A DNA stretch of 64,000 nt from the NCBI RefSeq assembly GCF_032191835.1, contig NC_083230.1, forward strand, positions 2,728,001 to 2,792,000, written 5' to 3'. The position numbers and the translations under genes are program-made. Of the stretch, positions 1 through 12,575 are shown piece by piece (position 1 is the first letter of the stretch; each line of letters opens with the position of its first letter). Source of the DNA: Heteronotia binoei (lineage: Eukaryota). The notes under the pieces were generated by a model, which was not told the DNA's origin, did no database searches, and saw only the letters and a program-made list of their open reading frames with translations.

Positions 1-249
1 GCTTTCTAAAGTGGGGGAGGGCCTCCAAACCAGGGAATCCCCTGCCCCTCCCTCTCTCTCACACACAAATACTTACTAGATCTTCTTCCTGTAGAACTCT
101 ACTTGCTGTGAAAATGAAAGCAAAAGAAAGGGAGAGGCCGTTCTCCATGGAAACTATTACTGACCCTTTTCAATGAAGCCCTTCCTATTTCCTGCGCAGC
201 CTTAAAGGCACACATTTTACAAACGGATCAGGAGCTCTACAACTACATG

Positions 250-364
250 ATGCCTACACGCATGTTCTCCCTCCCCCCCCCCCGCTTCCGGATTTTTGGA
301 GAGCGAGGGAGGAGGCTGCAAAATCAGGGGTCCCCCGCCGGGGGGGGGGGGGTTGGGAAGCCTA
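250..364. mobile_element. Right end of a hAT (Blackjack-like) MITE related to the element at 8293-9575
   Basis: Ends in ggggttgggaagccta, and its subterminal sequence matches 9470-9575. Confidence 0.6.
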
Positions 365-658
365 CTCTTTCCCCACTCTTTTGACCCTGAATGCTGCTAT
401 AGCAGCATTTAAGATGGCAACAAAATGTAGTTGTTTCCCTTAGGTTCCTGACATGCTAGGGAAATTACATTTTTCAAGATTCATAGTGCCCATTTAAGGC
501 AGAAGAGGATGAGGGCTTCTTTACACATCATGGAGGGAACACTATTTGGATCATTGAGAAAAACCATGTCTCCATTTTTTATTTCCCCAGTGGTCCAAAT
601 AGCACTCTCCTCCCAAATAGTTTCACTCGGGAAAATGAAGCAAGAGGAAAGACACAGG

Positions 659-875
659 GACACATGAAGCTGCCTTATACTGAATCAGACCATTGTTAAG
701 CCAAAGTCAGTATTATCTACTCAGTATTATCTGCTCAGGCTGGTAACAGCTCTCCAGGGTCTCAGGTCGAGGTCTTTCACATCACCTGCTTCCTGATCCT
801 TTTAACTGTAGATGCTAGGGACTGAACCTGGTCCTTCTGCATCCCATTCAGATGCTCTAGCTATGACCCCTCTCC
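659..875 (-). mobile_element. tRNA-derived SINE (Squam2-like)
   Basis: 3' end cacatgaagctgccttatactgaatcagacc, plus a tRNA-like B box on the minus strand (~820-835). A partial copy sits at ~9865-9925. Confidence 0.7.
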
Positions 876-1879
876 CAAATACTGAAGATAATACAATTGT
901 TATCTGAATCAGGTACCACTTCTGCAGTTCTCATCTGGCCATAGGAAATTATTCTGGGTAGGGACTCCAACCTAACTGGAGTACTGTGTAATGCCAAAGA
1001 AGCATCTCATTCCTTCCTTGTAGTACCACCTGAGCAACACCAGGGCACAAAAGACAACACAACAGCAGCCATATACGTTGGCAGGAAAGGGAGAGAAATC
1101 CAAACTGGAGCAGTATTTGGAAATTTATAATGTTTGCTTTGTACTGAAGATGAGCACTAAGAGTTACTAAGGTTCACATTTCAAATGAGGGAACTGCAAA
1201 ATTTGGTGGCATCACAAATAGCATTGTCAATATGAAAACGTGGTTTCCAATAATATATTAAGGGGAAACTGATGAGTGTGAGACCTCCCTTAATACAGGG
1301 ATATAGCTTGGAGTACTACATTTTAATACGAGAAGTGCATGGAAACAACATATGGAAATGGCTTACAGTAGGGAAAATTTGCTGACATGGTGCTGTATGT
1401 TAGCAGTTATGTGATCTTTATTTGGTTTAGCAGTTTTTAAAATGTGATTTTTTATATTGTATATTTGTTTTGTAATCCACCTCAGAAACTGTGTTCTAAG
1501 AGTCTTCATGGGATTTCACTTTTTAAAGCAAATAAACAAAGACTGAGAATGTGAGATAATTCCCTGGTTCAAATTTCATGTTAGCTGTGATCTTGCTAAA
1601 TTTTCAGAAACCTACAGCTTGGTTCCTAAACAGAGGTACACGCTTTTAAGTAGGGTTGCTAGGGATTTGGGAGGTATTCTGGGGGTGGGTGGGGATGTTG
1701 CATGGGGGACACTCTGGTTTTTGAACAGTTAAATTGGGCTTTAAATCTCAGTTTGCCCAAAAACCAGAGCATCCCCCACATGATGTCTCCTGATGCGATG
1801 ACATCACTTTCCAGGCAGTTAAAGGAAAAAACTCAATATTATTCTGGAAACTAGTCTCTGATCCATCATGTAGGTCAAC

Positions 1880-3265
1880 AAATAAATTTAATAACCCCCT
1901 TTTGCCAGATGCTTGGTTACATCATTATAAGATGGTATATGGGGAAACAATTACAAGCCCACTTAATTTGGATATCATCCATAACTTACCAACTTGGCCT
2001 CCAGTGGGGTGTACAGAAGTAAAGCAGCTCATTGATACTTTGAAGCCAGGGAAAGCCCCAGGCATTGACCTAATTCCACCAGAGCTATTTAAAATGAATG
2101 CAGAATTGTGGACCCCAGTTTTGGCAGCTTTGTTTTACAAATTGATCAATCAGGGAAAAGGCCTGGGGAGCACCTTTCGTCATCCCCATATATAAAAAAG
2201 GTAACAAAGAAGATCCAAACAACTAAAGGCCGATCAGCCTGTTAAGCGTAACAAGCAAGCTATATGCTAGACACCTACTGTGGAAATTTAGAGAATGGCT
2301 TGAGAATGATTTTTGCCTAAGTGAGGAACAGGTTGGCTTCAGAGAAGGTTGTGCCTTATTAAACCACTGCATGCTGTTGGACCACTTGATTGTAAAATAT
2401 TCCTCAAACTCAAGTGTGTCACTATATGCTGCATTTCTAGACATGAAGTCAGCCTTTGACTCTATCTGTAGGATAGATCCTTTGGGATAAATTAAGAACC
2501 ACCAACATTATTTCTTATTCAGGCCCTTTATGATCAAACAACCATCCAGGTTAAATATTCCCATCAAGGCCATTTCTACCAACAAAGGGGTTAAGCAAGG
2601 ATGCCTCCTGGCCCCCTACTTATTTCACTTCTATATCAATGATTTGCCATCGCATATAAACCAGAATGCCACCCACCGAAGCTAGGTAACAAACATATAG
2701 GGGTGCTCCTTTATGCTAATTGGGTAACCCCAATGCCCTACCTATACCGCTTAACAAATAATGAATATAGAAGAACGTTTACTATTATGAGGTGGGACAT
2801 TCTCCTTTCAGCGGTGGTGGAGGGGAGACACAAAAAGGTGACATTCCAAGAATGATTATGTCCCTGCTGCAATGATGGTATCGAATCTCTAGTCCATGTC
2901 ATATTTGACTGTGAGGCTTATAATGATCATCGAGAGGTACTTCCATTTTCCACAGCCAGACCTTTTACCAGTAGCCAAAAATTGCAATTCCTTAAGAATC
3001 TTCTTAGCGATAGGAACCCTGAGATTACATACAAATTAGCAAAATTTGGCTGGCTTGCCACAAGAATAAGGAAAACTCTAATGATTCAGTTAGGAAATGG
3101 CTAAACACCTTTGCCAATCTGTTGGCTGTAACTGCCATGTTTTGTTATATTTGTAGTTTTATAACAGTATTTTATGCCTTTTATGTATGATTTTATGGTC
3201 AATCAGTTTTAAATATGTATGATTTTACTACTTTAAATGCTGGCTTCGGTAGTGAATAAACAATT
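1880..3265 (+). mobile_element. Degraded 5'-truncated non-LTR retrotransposon, RTE-X-like
   Basis: Motifs GKAPGIDLIPPE, PIYKKG, YRPISLL-like, FLDMKSAFD and GVKQG, plus a C-terminal CPCC..HVIFDC zinc knuckle. Many stops and frameshifts. Confidence 0.75.
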
Positions 3266-3833
3266 CCTTTATTAAGGGAAGAAACAAAGAGGTCTAGACA
3301 GGGTTTTTCGTTTATCCTTGGTTTTAACACTAATTTTACATCTTCAGTGTCAGTGTCTTAAAGTCTGTATTCGTATTTTATGTATATTTTAGATGGTATC
3401 ATATATTAGTATTGTATAATAATTATTGTATATTTATATCACCTTTTATTAGTTATGAATTGGACTTTTATGAATTGTTTGCTAGTCTATGACCGTTATA
3501 AATTCATTCATTCATTCTCCCAGGCGACATCATCACATCAGGGACGTTGCACAGTCATGTCCTTTTTAGGGGACCCAGCAAACCTACTTTTAAGACATAT
3601 GAAATCAATGCCTTTGAACTGCTGGTGTGCCTCAAGCTAGAAATTATGGCATATTTCTGGCAGCTACAAGGATGTCACTGCAATTTTTTTAAGTGTGTTG
3701 AAAATGCAGCAAGGGCCCAATGTAGTGCTTCTCCCCACATACACACCTTTTCAAGTGTCAAAAAATGCCACAGAGCACTTTAAAATGACTAAAATGGCAG
3801 CAGTGTCTTTATGGCAGCTTCTTGGATGCTGTC

Positions 3834-4802
3834 TAGGGTTGCCAAGTCCAAATCAAAAAATATCTGGGGACTTTGGGGGTGGAGCCAGGAGACTTTGGGG
3901 GTGGAGCCAAGATCAAGGCTGTGACAAGCATAATTGAACTCCAAAGGGAGTTCTGGCCACCACATTTAAAGGGACAACACACCTTTTCAATGCCTTCCTT
4001 CCATAGGAAATAATTGTCAGACCGGGAACTTCAAAGTGAACGGACCATAGTTTGTAGCAGCTTAATCCATTTTATTTGAGAACTAGTTGTCTGTAGCGAA
4101 GATGAATTGGAATTGATACATTTCAAAGCGTTACATGCCATTTTAACTTCTAACATCAAAAGTAAACAATAAAGTCATTCTCACACATTTGGGAGGCAAT
4201 AGATGGTTCTCATGCTCCCTTATCTCTTTCCCAAGGAAAGGCCCCTGCTGGTTACCTTGAGGCGTATAGCTATCTTCAAAGCCCGTCTGCATTTGTTAGA
4301 GCTATGTGAGGAATTTCCCATGGGAGCTGTTTATTGTTGCAACAGTGTTTGAAATACAAGCTTCTAAGCAAAAGGGTTAGTAGAGCCATTCAAGATGGAG
4401 TTAGTTAGGGCAAGGGAACATGAACAGTACATAGAATTTTTAAACTAGTAAGTTACAAGGTCTGACATAAATGAAGGATAGGGGCACCTTCTTTTGGGGG
4501 TCATAGACTTAGACCCCCTGGTCCAATCTTTTTGAAACTTGGGGGGTATTTTGGGGAGAGGCACTAGATGTTATACTGAAAATTTGGTGCCTCTACCCCA
4601 AAAAACAGCCCCCCAGAGCCCCAGATACCCGCAGATCAATTCTCCATGATTTTCTATGGGAATAAATCTCCCTAGGAAATAACAGAGTTCCCAGCAGACA
4701 TTTCCCTCCTTCCCCCCCCCTTGCTTTCTGATGCCCCTGAAGCGGGGGGAAGGCCTCCAAACCGGGGGATCCCCTGCCCCCACCTGGGGATTGGCAACCC
4801 TA
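3834..4802. mobile_element. hAT-Blackjack-like MITE carrying a nested solo LTR
   Basis: TIRs TAGGGTTGCCAA / TTGGCAACCCTA with a perfect 8-bp TSD ATGCTGTC (3826-3833 and 4803-4810). Confidence 0.9.
4015..4467 (-). mobile_element. Solo LTR (Gypsy-like) nested in the MITE
   Basis: Ends TGTCAGAC...GTCTGACA. Both ends resemble the LTR at 62586-63002. TTTATT marks a minus-strand polyA signal. The TSD is degenerate (ATAAT/TAAAT). Confidence 0.8.
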
Positions 4803-5595
4803 ATGCTGTCACATCTAGTTTGGCCCACAGACTTACTTCTGCTTCTTTGACAGAACATTTAAATAATTTGTGTCCTTTACTTTGGGGCTGTAAAGATCTC
4901 AGAGATCATGTATGTGAACTCCATTGCTCAAAAACATAATACACATAGTAAACTACTTTTTGAGGTGTCATTTTTAAGTTCATGCATTGCATGGCAAATA
5001 GATAGACTACTTTCATCAGGTTATCTGCTGTCCTGAAGTAGTCTTTTCTTTTTGGTTTACAACAGCTTTCCAAAAATGTATACTGCTAGAGAGGAGCCTT
5101 TATAGTCTTCTGAATCTGAGTGCTCTCTGGATAAGAATTCTTCTGAGGATGATACGTTTGCATAGAAGTTAGCTAAACTTTCATGACTCATTTCAAATGG
5201 TAGCCCGGCAGAACATATTTTCTTAGCAGACATTTTGGAATTCAACAAGAAAATCTTTGACAACACCCTTCTTTATAAGGCATTTTGTACTTCACACTAT
5301 TGACTTCAGTTATTTTTTAAAAATGGTCTATACTTATGTAGGGTTTGGGGGTTTTTTTAAGAAAACAAGCCTCTTTTAAAAGCCCCTCTGAATATTGTGA
5401 TTTGCCTACAGCCCCATTCACTATAATGCCAAAGGTGCCAGAGGATGTAATGCCAATGTGGCTGTAATGCTAGAGGATGTAATGCCAATGTGGAAAATCC
5501 CTGGAAGGGGATTAGGGACTGGTGTGGTCAAGTGACCTTATGGCTTCAAGCCGGTTCCATAATCATATATGGTTTCAGGATTACTTCCTCCTAGT

Positions 5596-5765
5596 CAGGG
5601 GTCATTTTGTAGAAAAATAGGTGGTGGAGCTCATCCAGAGATTGTTATGCAGCTGCACACACTATCCAATGGACAAGGAAGTGGAACTCTAAGGAGGAGG
5701 AGGTGGAACTCTCCGAAAGGTTCCAGAGCTGTGCTCCTGTGAGCTCCCGCTGAATCCAAGGCCTG
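5596..5765. mobile_element. Short hAT MITE
   Basis: CAGG...CCTG termini with a perfect 8-bp TSD CTCCTAGT. Confidence 0.8.
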
Positions 5766-5808
5766 CTCCTAGTCATTCACAGCTCCAGATACAGACATTA
5801 GCCCCAAG

Positions 5809-6292
5809 TGTCAGGCTCTGTTCATCCATGATGTTACTAAATGCTGTTACTAATCATATTCAATGCTGTATAGAAATGCCTACTAACATAGAAGCCAGGG
5901 TAGCAAGGAGGGTAGAAAACAGCTTCCCAGGAATATCAAAGGTTGCCAAGGTCTCTTTGAAGTACACAGTATGTGCCAGATTCTCACCTCCTCTCTGGAG
6001 GCCCCAAGGACGTTGCCTCTGGGAAATGTAACCACCAACTGAAGAGATAAAGGCGGGGGGGGGGGGAACCGTTGGGAAAAGTCTCACATGCAAAGTAACA
6101 TTTTGTTTTGGGAATTAGGAGGTAGAAACAATTGCTTTGATGTAGAAGGTTAAATGCCAATAGTTCGAGCTGATCTCCATCAGTTCCAATACCTGCCATG
6201 CTGAAGTAACTCTGAAGTATCCAATAAATGCAACTTTGTTTCAAAATACCATGTCTGCTTACTTGTGAGCTTCAATGAACCTACGCCTGACA
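5809..6292 (+). mobile_element. Solo LTR (484 bp)
   Basis: Perfect 8-bp terminal inverted repeat TGTCAGGC...GCCTGACA, 5-bp TSD CCAAG, and AATAAA near 6222. Confidence 0.88.
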
Positions 6293-6726
6293 CCAAGCCC
6301 CATAACTTTGCACGATAGCCAGAAGTTACTACCTTTGGAGGCTGACTTAATAGGCTGAAGAGTATAAAAGAGGAAAAGGAATAGGATTGCCACATCCCAC
6401 CTTTTCTCCAGCAAGAGAATTTGGAGGGTGTTTCAGGAGGGGGCAGGCTGTCTTCCATGTGATGATGTCATGAAGAGTGACATCATTGAATTGGGGATTC
6501 AGCACCACATGCACCCCTTGCTTTTCCCAAACCATTTGAAGGAAGACCAATAAAACAAAAACCACTTGCCTCTCCATATTTCTAGATAAAACATTCTTGC
6601 TTTACAAAGTAAAAATCTGACTTAGATGGATCACTTGTGTTTTTTTACATACACCCCACCCCAAAACCTGCATCAGCTCAGTGTCCTTTATCTTCAACTT
6701 TACCATTAAAAAAATCACATCATGCC

Positions 6727-6748
6727 CTCTCTCTCTCTCTCTCTCTCT
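6727..6748. repeat. (CT)n microsatellite
   Basis: ctctctctctctctctctctct. Confidence 0.9.
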
Positions 6749-6959
6749 TTCATTAGACCAAATGAGCAAAGAAACAACTTAGTAGATCATCATCATCAAT
6801 AACAACAACCACTAATTTCCCCCTTTTCCTTACCTGACAGCACAGCAAAGGGCCTTCCTGAGCAGCAAAGCATAGCAAATCAAAGCCATACTCAATGACA
6901 TAGCTTTCCTTTGTTTTTCCTTACTACAATCGGAAACTTCAGTTGCCACTAGAATGTTG

Positions 6960-7290
6960 TAAGGTTCCTCCTGGCCACAGGCAAGGGATGGGGGGCGGGG
7001 GACTTATGAGGAGAAAGAAAAAGGCTTAGGCCTCATTGCCGGCATTGTACTGGAAGTGATGTCAATCATGCCAGCAATGGCTGTGTGACGCTCTGGTATT
7101 TGGGCAAAAACTCTATGGTAAAACTGGCTTCTATCATAGAGTTTTTGGTCAAATACCAGAGCATTGCTGTTGTCATTGGCATGATGATGCCTGCTGATTG
7201 GGGGTAGGGCCTGTTGGCCAGCTGATTGATGGCTGGGGGTAGGGCCTGGTGGTGGTGAAATCTGGCAATCTGGAGTGTCTGGCAATCTTA
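6960..7290. mobile_element. hAT-type MITE with internal palindrome
   Basis: Inverted arms at ~7090-7120 and ~7132-7162. Same family as 54640-54980. Degenerate ctggcaatctta end. Confidence 0.65.
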
Positions 7291-7379
7291 CAATGTTGAC
7301 TGGAGTAGGCCATGAATGGGAACCATATCACTCCACTCTTGGCCCATTAATACCGGCTCTCAGGATTTTTTTTTTATTT

Positions 7380-7720
7380 TTCAGGCAAAATTCAAGGTTC
7401 TGGTGTTGGCCTTTAAACTTCTATATGGTCTAGGACCAACATACCTGCAGGACTACCCACATCCTTATGAACCCACTTGACCATTACAGTTATCTTTAGG
7501 CCCCCCTGTCTTTTGACATAAGGTGTGTGTGGCAACCCAGGAGAGGGCCTTCTCAGTTATGGCACCAAAACTTTAGAATTCTCACCCCAGGGAAATTCAT
7601 CTCTCCCCTTTTGCTGACATTTTCTGCAAACAGATAAAGCCTTTTTTGTTCCTCAAGTGACCCCTCCCTCTTTTTGAAATGTTTTAATACTCACAGCTAA
7701 ATACTTAGGGACTACTAAGG
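7380..7720 (+). mobile_element. L2 LINE 3' fragment
   Basis: KFKVLVLAFK..YGLGPTYLQD-like coding remnant typical of the L2 ORF2 C-terminus. Confidence 0.65.
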
Positions 7721-8292
7721 TAGTTTTCTGATTCTCATTTCCAAGGAAAAACTGCATTTTTTGAGATGATAAATTCATATAACCTATTAAGAGGAGGATA
7801 AATACCTTTCTTCAGACCAGATTTCATACTCCAATAAAATATGTTCTATGGATTCAAGCTGACCAGATTCACAGTTACAAACTCTGTCCAAACATGCTAT
7901 GCCTGTGAATTGAGCTTCTGGTATGACTGAGAGAAAATAATTTTACTGGGTGAGCATAAATGCTCTTCTATGAGGGACTCAGTCTTTTAAGTAGCTTGGA
8001 ATAGCACAAAAGAAGGGAACTCCATTCTTATGTGGCATTTGGTTGGTCCTAATAATAGGTATTTGGTATTCTGCAGATGCCCTGTGGCTGCAATCTGATT
8101 ACACCAAAAATGTGTATGTAGGGGAATAGACCCCTTGTCTTTTCTCCAGGAGGAAGAGACATATATCTGGGAGGGTATGCTATACAGTGCTGTTGGGTGC
8201 CTTCTTTCTTAAATATTGACTCCAGGCAGCAAGAGCCAGGTGTTACCCATGGCCAGAGCCAAGCTGGTCTCTGGCAAAACTTTAACTACTCT

Positions 8293-9575
8293 TAGGGTTG
8301 CCAAGTCCAATTCCAGAAATATCTGAGGACTTTGGGGGTGGAGACAGGAGACTTTGGGGGTGGAGCCAGGAGACACTGGGGTGGAGCTAGGAGCAAGGGT
8401 GTGACAAGCCTAATTGAACTCCAAAGGGAGTTCTGGCCATTACATCTAAAGGGACAGCACACCTTTTTAAATGTCTTCATTCCCTCCACCCTCCCCTTCT
8501 CTGATTTTACCTCAGAGGCGGAGCAGAGAAGAGGCGGCAGCAGCGCAGCAGCGTCGCCCGCTCCGCCTCTGAGGTAAAATCAGAGAAGCCGAGGGACGCT
8601 GCGGCCGCCCTTGCCGCCCGGGCCCCGCCGAGAGAAGCGCGTGCTTCCCAACCCCTCCCTTCCCCAAACTGGCCAACTTCAAAGCTCGGTTGCCAACCGC
8701 ACGTGAGGACCGGCACCTCTGCTTCAACCCCCCCCCCCAAGTTGCGCGGCTTGGGAGGGACACCCCACTGTGAGGAAACCCCGAAAATGCGCCCAGGATC
8801 ACCCAACCTTGCGCCCTGGGCGCAGCCGCGCATCCTTTCCCCGGGGGATTCTCGCTGCACCTGAACCAGGGTTCTCTCGAAGCTGAGTTAGTGCGAGCTA
8901 GCTCATTGTTTCTTAGCCACCAGCTCATGCCTTTTGGTCTCCACTCAGGGAAAAAACTGCCCCAGAGCAAAGTAATGGATGCAGGAGCTCACAATTTTAT
9001 TGCAAGTAGAATGTTTGCTCACACGACTCCACGGCTTAGACTGACCGCTGCCCTGAACTCCTCAGAACCCTCAAGACCACCAAAGCCTCCCCCCCGCCTC
9101 TATCTGCCCTGCTTCTAAAACTTGCAGCTGCGGCGAGCTGTCCGCCCCATGCCCTCGCCTGGCCCCACCCAAGGCAGCCGGCCGCTCCACGGCCGGGGGG
9201 GGCACACCAAGCAGGCTCTCCCTGGATGAGCTGTGCGCCCAGCGCCATGCCCGAAGAAGGACTCTTACCTGCACCATCTCCTCTGCGGGCAGGCGCTCTC
9301 CTCCCCCGCCTCCTCTGGCTCTGGGCGGCGGCTTGAGTTCCCCGGGGCAGGCGAAGAATGCGGCCTCTCGGGCCCCCAGAACTGGCTTGAGCTGGGGTCC
9401 TCGGAGAAGAGGCGACAGCCATGCAGCGGCGTCGCCTGCTTCGAGATGGGGCGGCTCGCCACGCACGCTCCTTGGCGCCATTTCCCCCCCTCCCGCTTCC
9501 GTTTTTTTGGGGGAGCGGGGGAAGAGGCTGGAAATCCTGGGGTCCCCCACCAGGGCGGGAGGGTTGGGAAGCCTA
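8293..9575. mobile_element. GC/CpG-rich non-autonomous hAT-Blackjack-like element (1283 bp)
   Basis: Left TIR TAGGGTTGCCAA, right TIR TTGGGAAGCCTA (2 mismatches). Perfect 8-bp TSD ACTACTCT (8285-8292 and 9576-9583). Confidence 0.88.
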
Positions 9576-10444
9576 ACTACTCTCCATCTGCTGCTTGACT
9601 CCTTCCTGGTCCTGCTCCACTTCAACTGGTGCCTGGAACATGATAAAAGTCCTGGTGTATTATTTGCTGTGCTAGATATTAGATGTATGCGTGCTGACCG
9701 GGAGGGGTGGGGGGGTGTCTGAAACCTGCTCTGCTCTCCCTCTACCTCAAGCCACTGTCCTTTGCAATGTAACATATGTATGATCTTTATATAAGTTGGA
9801 TGATGTTAAACATGCCCATGACTGCACTGCTTCTGCACTGCTAGTGGCTCTAAGGGCTAAACCTGAACACACACAAAGCTGCCTTATACTGAATCAGACC
9901 ATCAATCCATCAAAACCTGCCCAGTGTGCATGAAGCAGTGGTGCCACACGTGGCTTCCTCTCCCTCCAACATGCACCATTGCCTATGTGGAGAACAAAGA
10001 GCAAAAGGGAGTCCAGCTTGCAGGGCCAAGCCAGTTACTAGCTCCTGTCACACACACACACCTTCAGCTTTCCTGGGGTCCAGGACAGCTGTAACTTTTT
10101 TGCTCTACTTTACATGGAGACAAACAATCAGGGGTTTGCAAGTAATGCAAAAGTTGAGGGGAAAGTGGTATAAGGTGGGGGATTGGAAGAAGTAGCCTCA
10201 CATGAAGGGCTAGGTTTTGGAGGAGTATCCTGGAAGTGAATAACAGGAGGGGCGTATTTGGTGAAGTAATCAGAAGTGACACTGTGTGTCATCACTTGAC
10301 CTCTGACCAGGAAATAACATAACAGACTATGACATTAAAAGATGACATCATATCCTTGTTAAGCACTGCCGTATCCCAAATCTCCAGTTACTTCCTGAAT
10401 CAGGCCTGGCAACCCTGAAAAGGTGGAATGTACATTTTATAAAA

Positions 10445-10742
10445 GAGCCCCGTGGTGCAGAGTGGTAAAGCTGCAGTACTGCAGTCGGAGCCCTCTGCTC
10501 ATGACCTGAGTTCGATCCCAGCAAAAGCTGGTTCAGGTAGCCAGCTCCAGGTCGACACAGCCTTCTGTCCTTCCGAGGTCAGTAAAATGAGTACCCAGCT
10601 TGCTGGGGGGAAAGTGTAAAAGATTGGGGAAGGCAATGGCAAATCACCCCGTAAAAAGTCTGCCATGAAAACGTTGTGAAAGCAACATCACCCCAGAGTC
10701 GAAAACGACTAGTGCTTGCACAAGGGACTACCTTTACCTTTT
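10445..10742 (+). mobile_element. Sauria SINE, near full length
   Basis: gccccgtggtgcagagtggtaaagctgcagtactgcag head and ...tgcttgcacaagggactacctttacctttt tail. Confidence 0.88.
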
Positions 10743-12575
10743 TTAATTAAAAAAAATAGACAGCAGGTTCTGCTAGGCTTGTGAATGTCTGATTAGTCAA
10801 TACATTCCATAAGAATCTATTGACCAAGCCTGTCAATATTTCTTTATTTTAATATACCTCACTTGCTTTCTCTATCTTTATGTTAGGTAGGCATGGGTTT
10901 TGGCCCAAAAAGGTTCCTGTTGGAAAGAAATCCTCTGGCTTGAATGTAGGGAGGAACTTGGCTGAGGTCGACAAGGACAAGCAGGCGGGAAGGCTATGAT
11001 TGCTAATGGAGGGAGCTGACAGCCTGTGAGCACCCTGCACTGGTAGTAAGTTCAATACGTTTTTAGTTTTACATTCCTGGAAAGGAAGTAAGCAGCAAGG
11101 TGGGGCACTGCCTGGTGGGGCACTGCTTCTTCCTTTAATGGAGCAGCTGCCCCTACTTGATTGGTTCAATATGAATTTATAAAAATGCACCCATATCTTA
11201 ATTCCATGGCAGGTTTGATAGTAGATGCATATTTAATTTATTTATATATTTGATTTTTAACCCACCCTCCCCACAAGTGGGCTCATATAAAATATATTTT
11301 AGATATTTTTCTGTGTCCCTCAGCTTTGTGCATCTGAGGCAAGTGAGGCACTTGTTGCAGTTCTGCTTCTCAAAAAGTGCAGTTTTATGCCACCATTCCT
11401 CTGAGGAGCTCAGAGAAGCATACATGCTTCTGCTAGGCTTGTGAGTCTCCAGGTCCTAGCAGAGGATCCTCCAGTTTTGCAGGCTGTACCCCGTTGCCTA
11501 TCAGCTGGCTGGTGGGGGGAAGCCCTGCCCCAACAGCCACCATACGCTTTTCCACCTCAGAAAGCTCAGAAGAAGCTTGGAAACTCCTTGTGTTTTGGAA
11601 GGTGTGTGTGCCTTTAAATCTCAGCTAGAGGAAGCTATATGGGGCGGGGCTATCAGTCAGAGAGACATGGATGTTCCTGGTAAGTCTGTGAAACTGTGAG
11701 AAAGGAAGGAGCCCAGTTCCTTCATTTGTTTTACATTCATTTCAAAAGTCATTTACATAGTAAAGTAGATATCAAAGAGTGAACTAGAACCTTTCGTTTC
11801 CCAGTGTTAGTCTGAAGAACTTGGTTGAATTACAGCAGATGGTTACATTCAACAACTCTTGTTAAATAAATTGCCCCAGTGAGATCACAAAAGTGTGGGC
11901 TTGCAAAACTGTATTTATTTTTATCTGCTTTGTGTATGTGTGTGTGTTCAGTTTCATTTACTAAAAGTGCAGCTGCTGGGGAACAAGGAAATGACTGTAT
12001 TGAGGGGAACTGCACTGCTGTATTTTTATTTATTTTAGGGAATGGGAAAGTCTTCTGGCTCCACCCCCAAAGTCCCCAGGTATTTTCTGAGGTGGACCTG
12101 GCAACCCTAGCTTCTGCACTCCTCGCTTTATCCTTATAACATCACTCCAATGTAGGTTCATCTGAGAAAGAGAATAACTAGTCCAAGGTCAGCCATCTAA
12201 GCTTCTTGGCAGAGTGGGAGTTTGAACAAGGGTCTTTCAGGTTCTAGTTTGATGCTATAACCATTGCACCAGATAAGGTCTCAACATTGGGAGAGCATGT
12301 GAACTTATGATACCATCTGGAAATGCTTAATCCAAGCTACAATAAGATTAATGAATGTCAGGTCCACCCTTTTCCAATATTTTTCTGCATAATAGCTACG
12401 GCTTGTAGCAGCCTGCTACAAATTAAGATGTCAAATGCAGCCCTTAACTCTTGAGTGCTTCTTTCTGGAATGTTCTCATATAAGAACAGTTTGCATTTTA
12501 ATTATATATTTAAGGCACAGGTAACTGCAGCAGAAAATCAGCCAGGCAGCCTTTATTGGCACATCAAATGAGTAA

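Noticed and set aside
5057-5266. 69-aa acidic/Ser-rich ORF as a gene or transposase remnant
   Set aside because: No recognisable motif and no splice context.
5440-5495. Short direct duplication agaggatgtaatgccaatgtgg (similar ones at ~14765, ~29075, ~41535)
   Set aside because: These are ordinary local slippage duplications with no evidence of function.
8500-9780. Cluster of long overlapping ORFs (up to 234 aa) on both strands
   Set aside because: They lie inside a TSD-bounded GC-rich MITE. Low stop-codon frequency explains them, and no domain motifs are present.
10445-10530. tRNA gene-like A/B boxes (also at ~820, 20191, 28880, 37210, 40190)
   Set aside because: All continue into SINE bodies and tails, so they are tRNA-derived SINE heads rather than tRNA genes.
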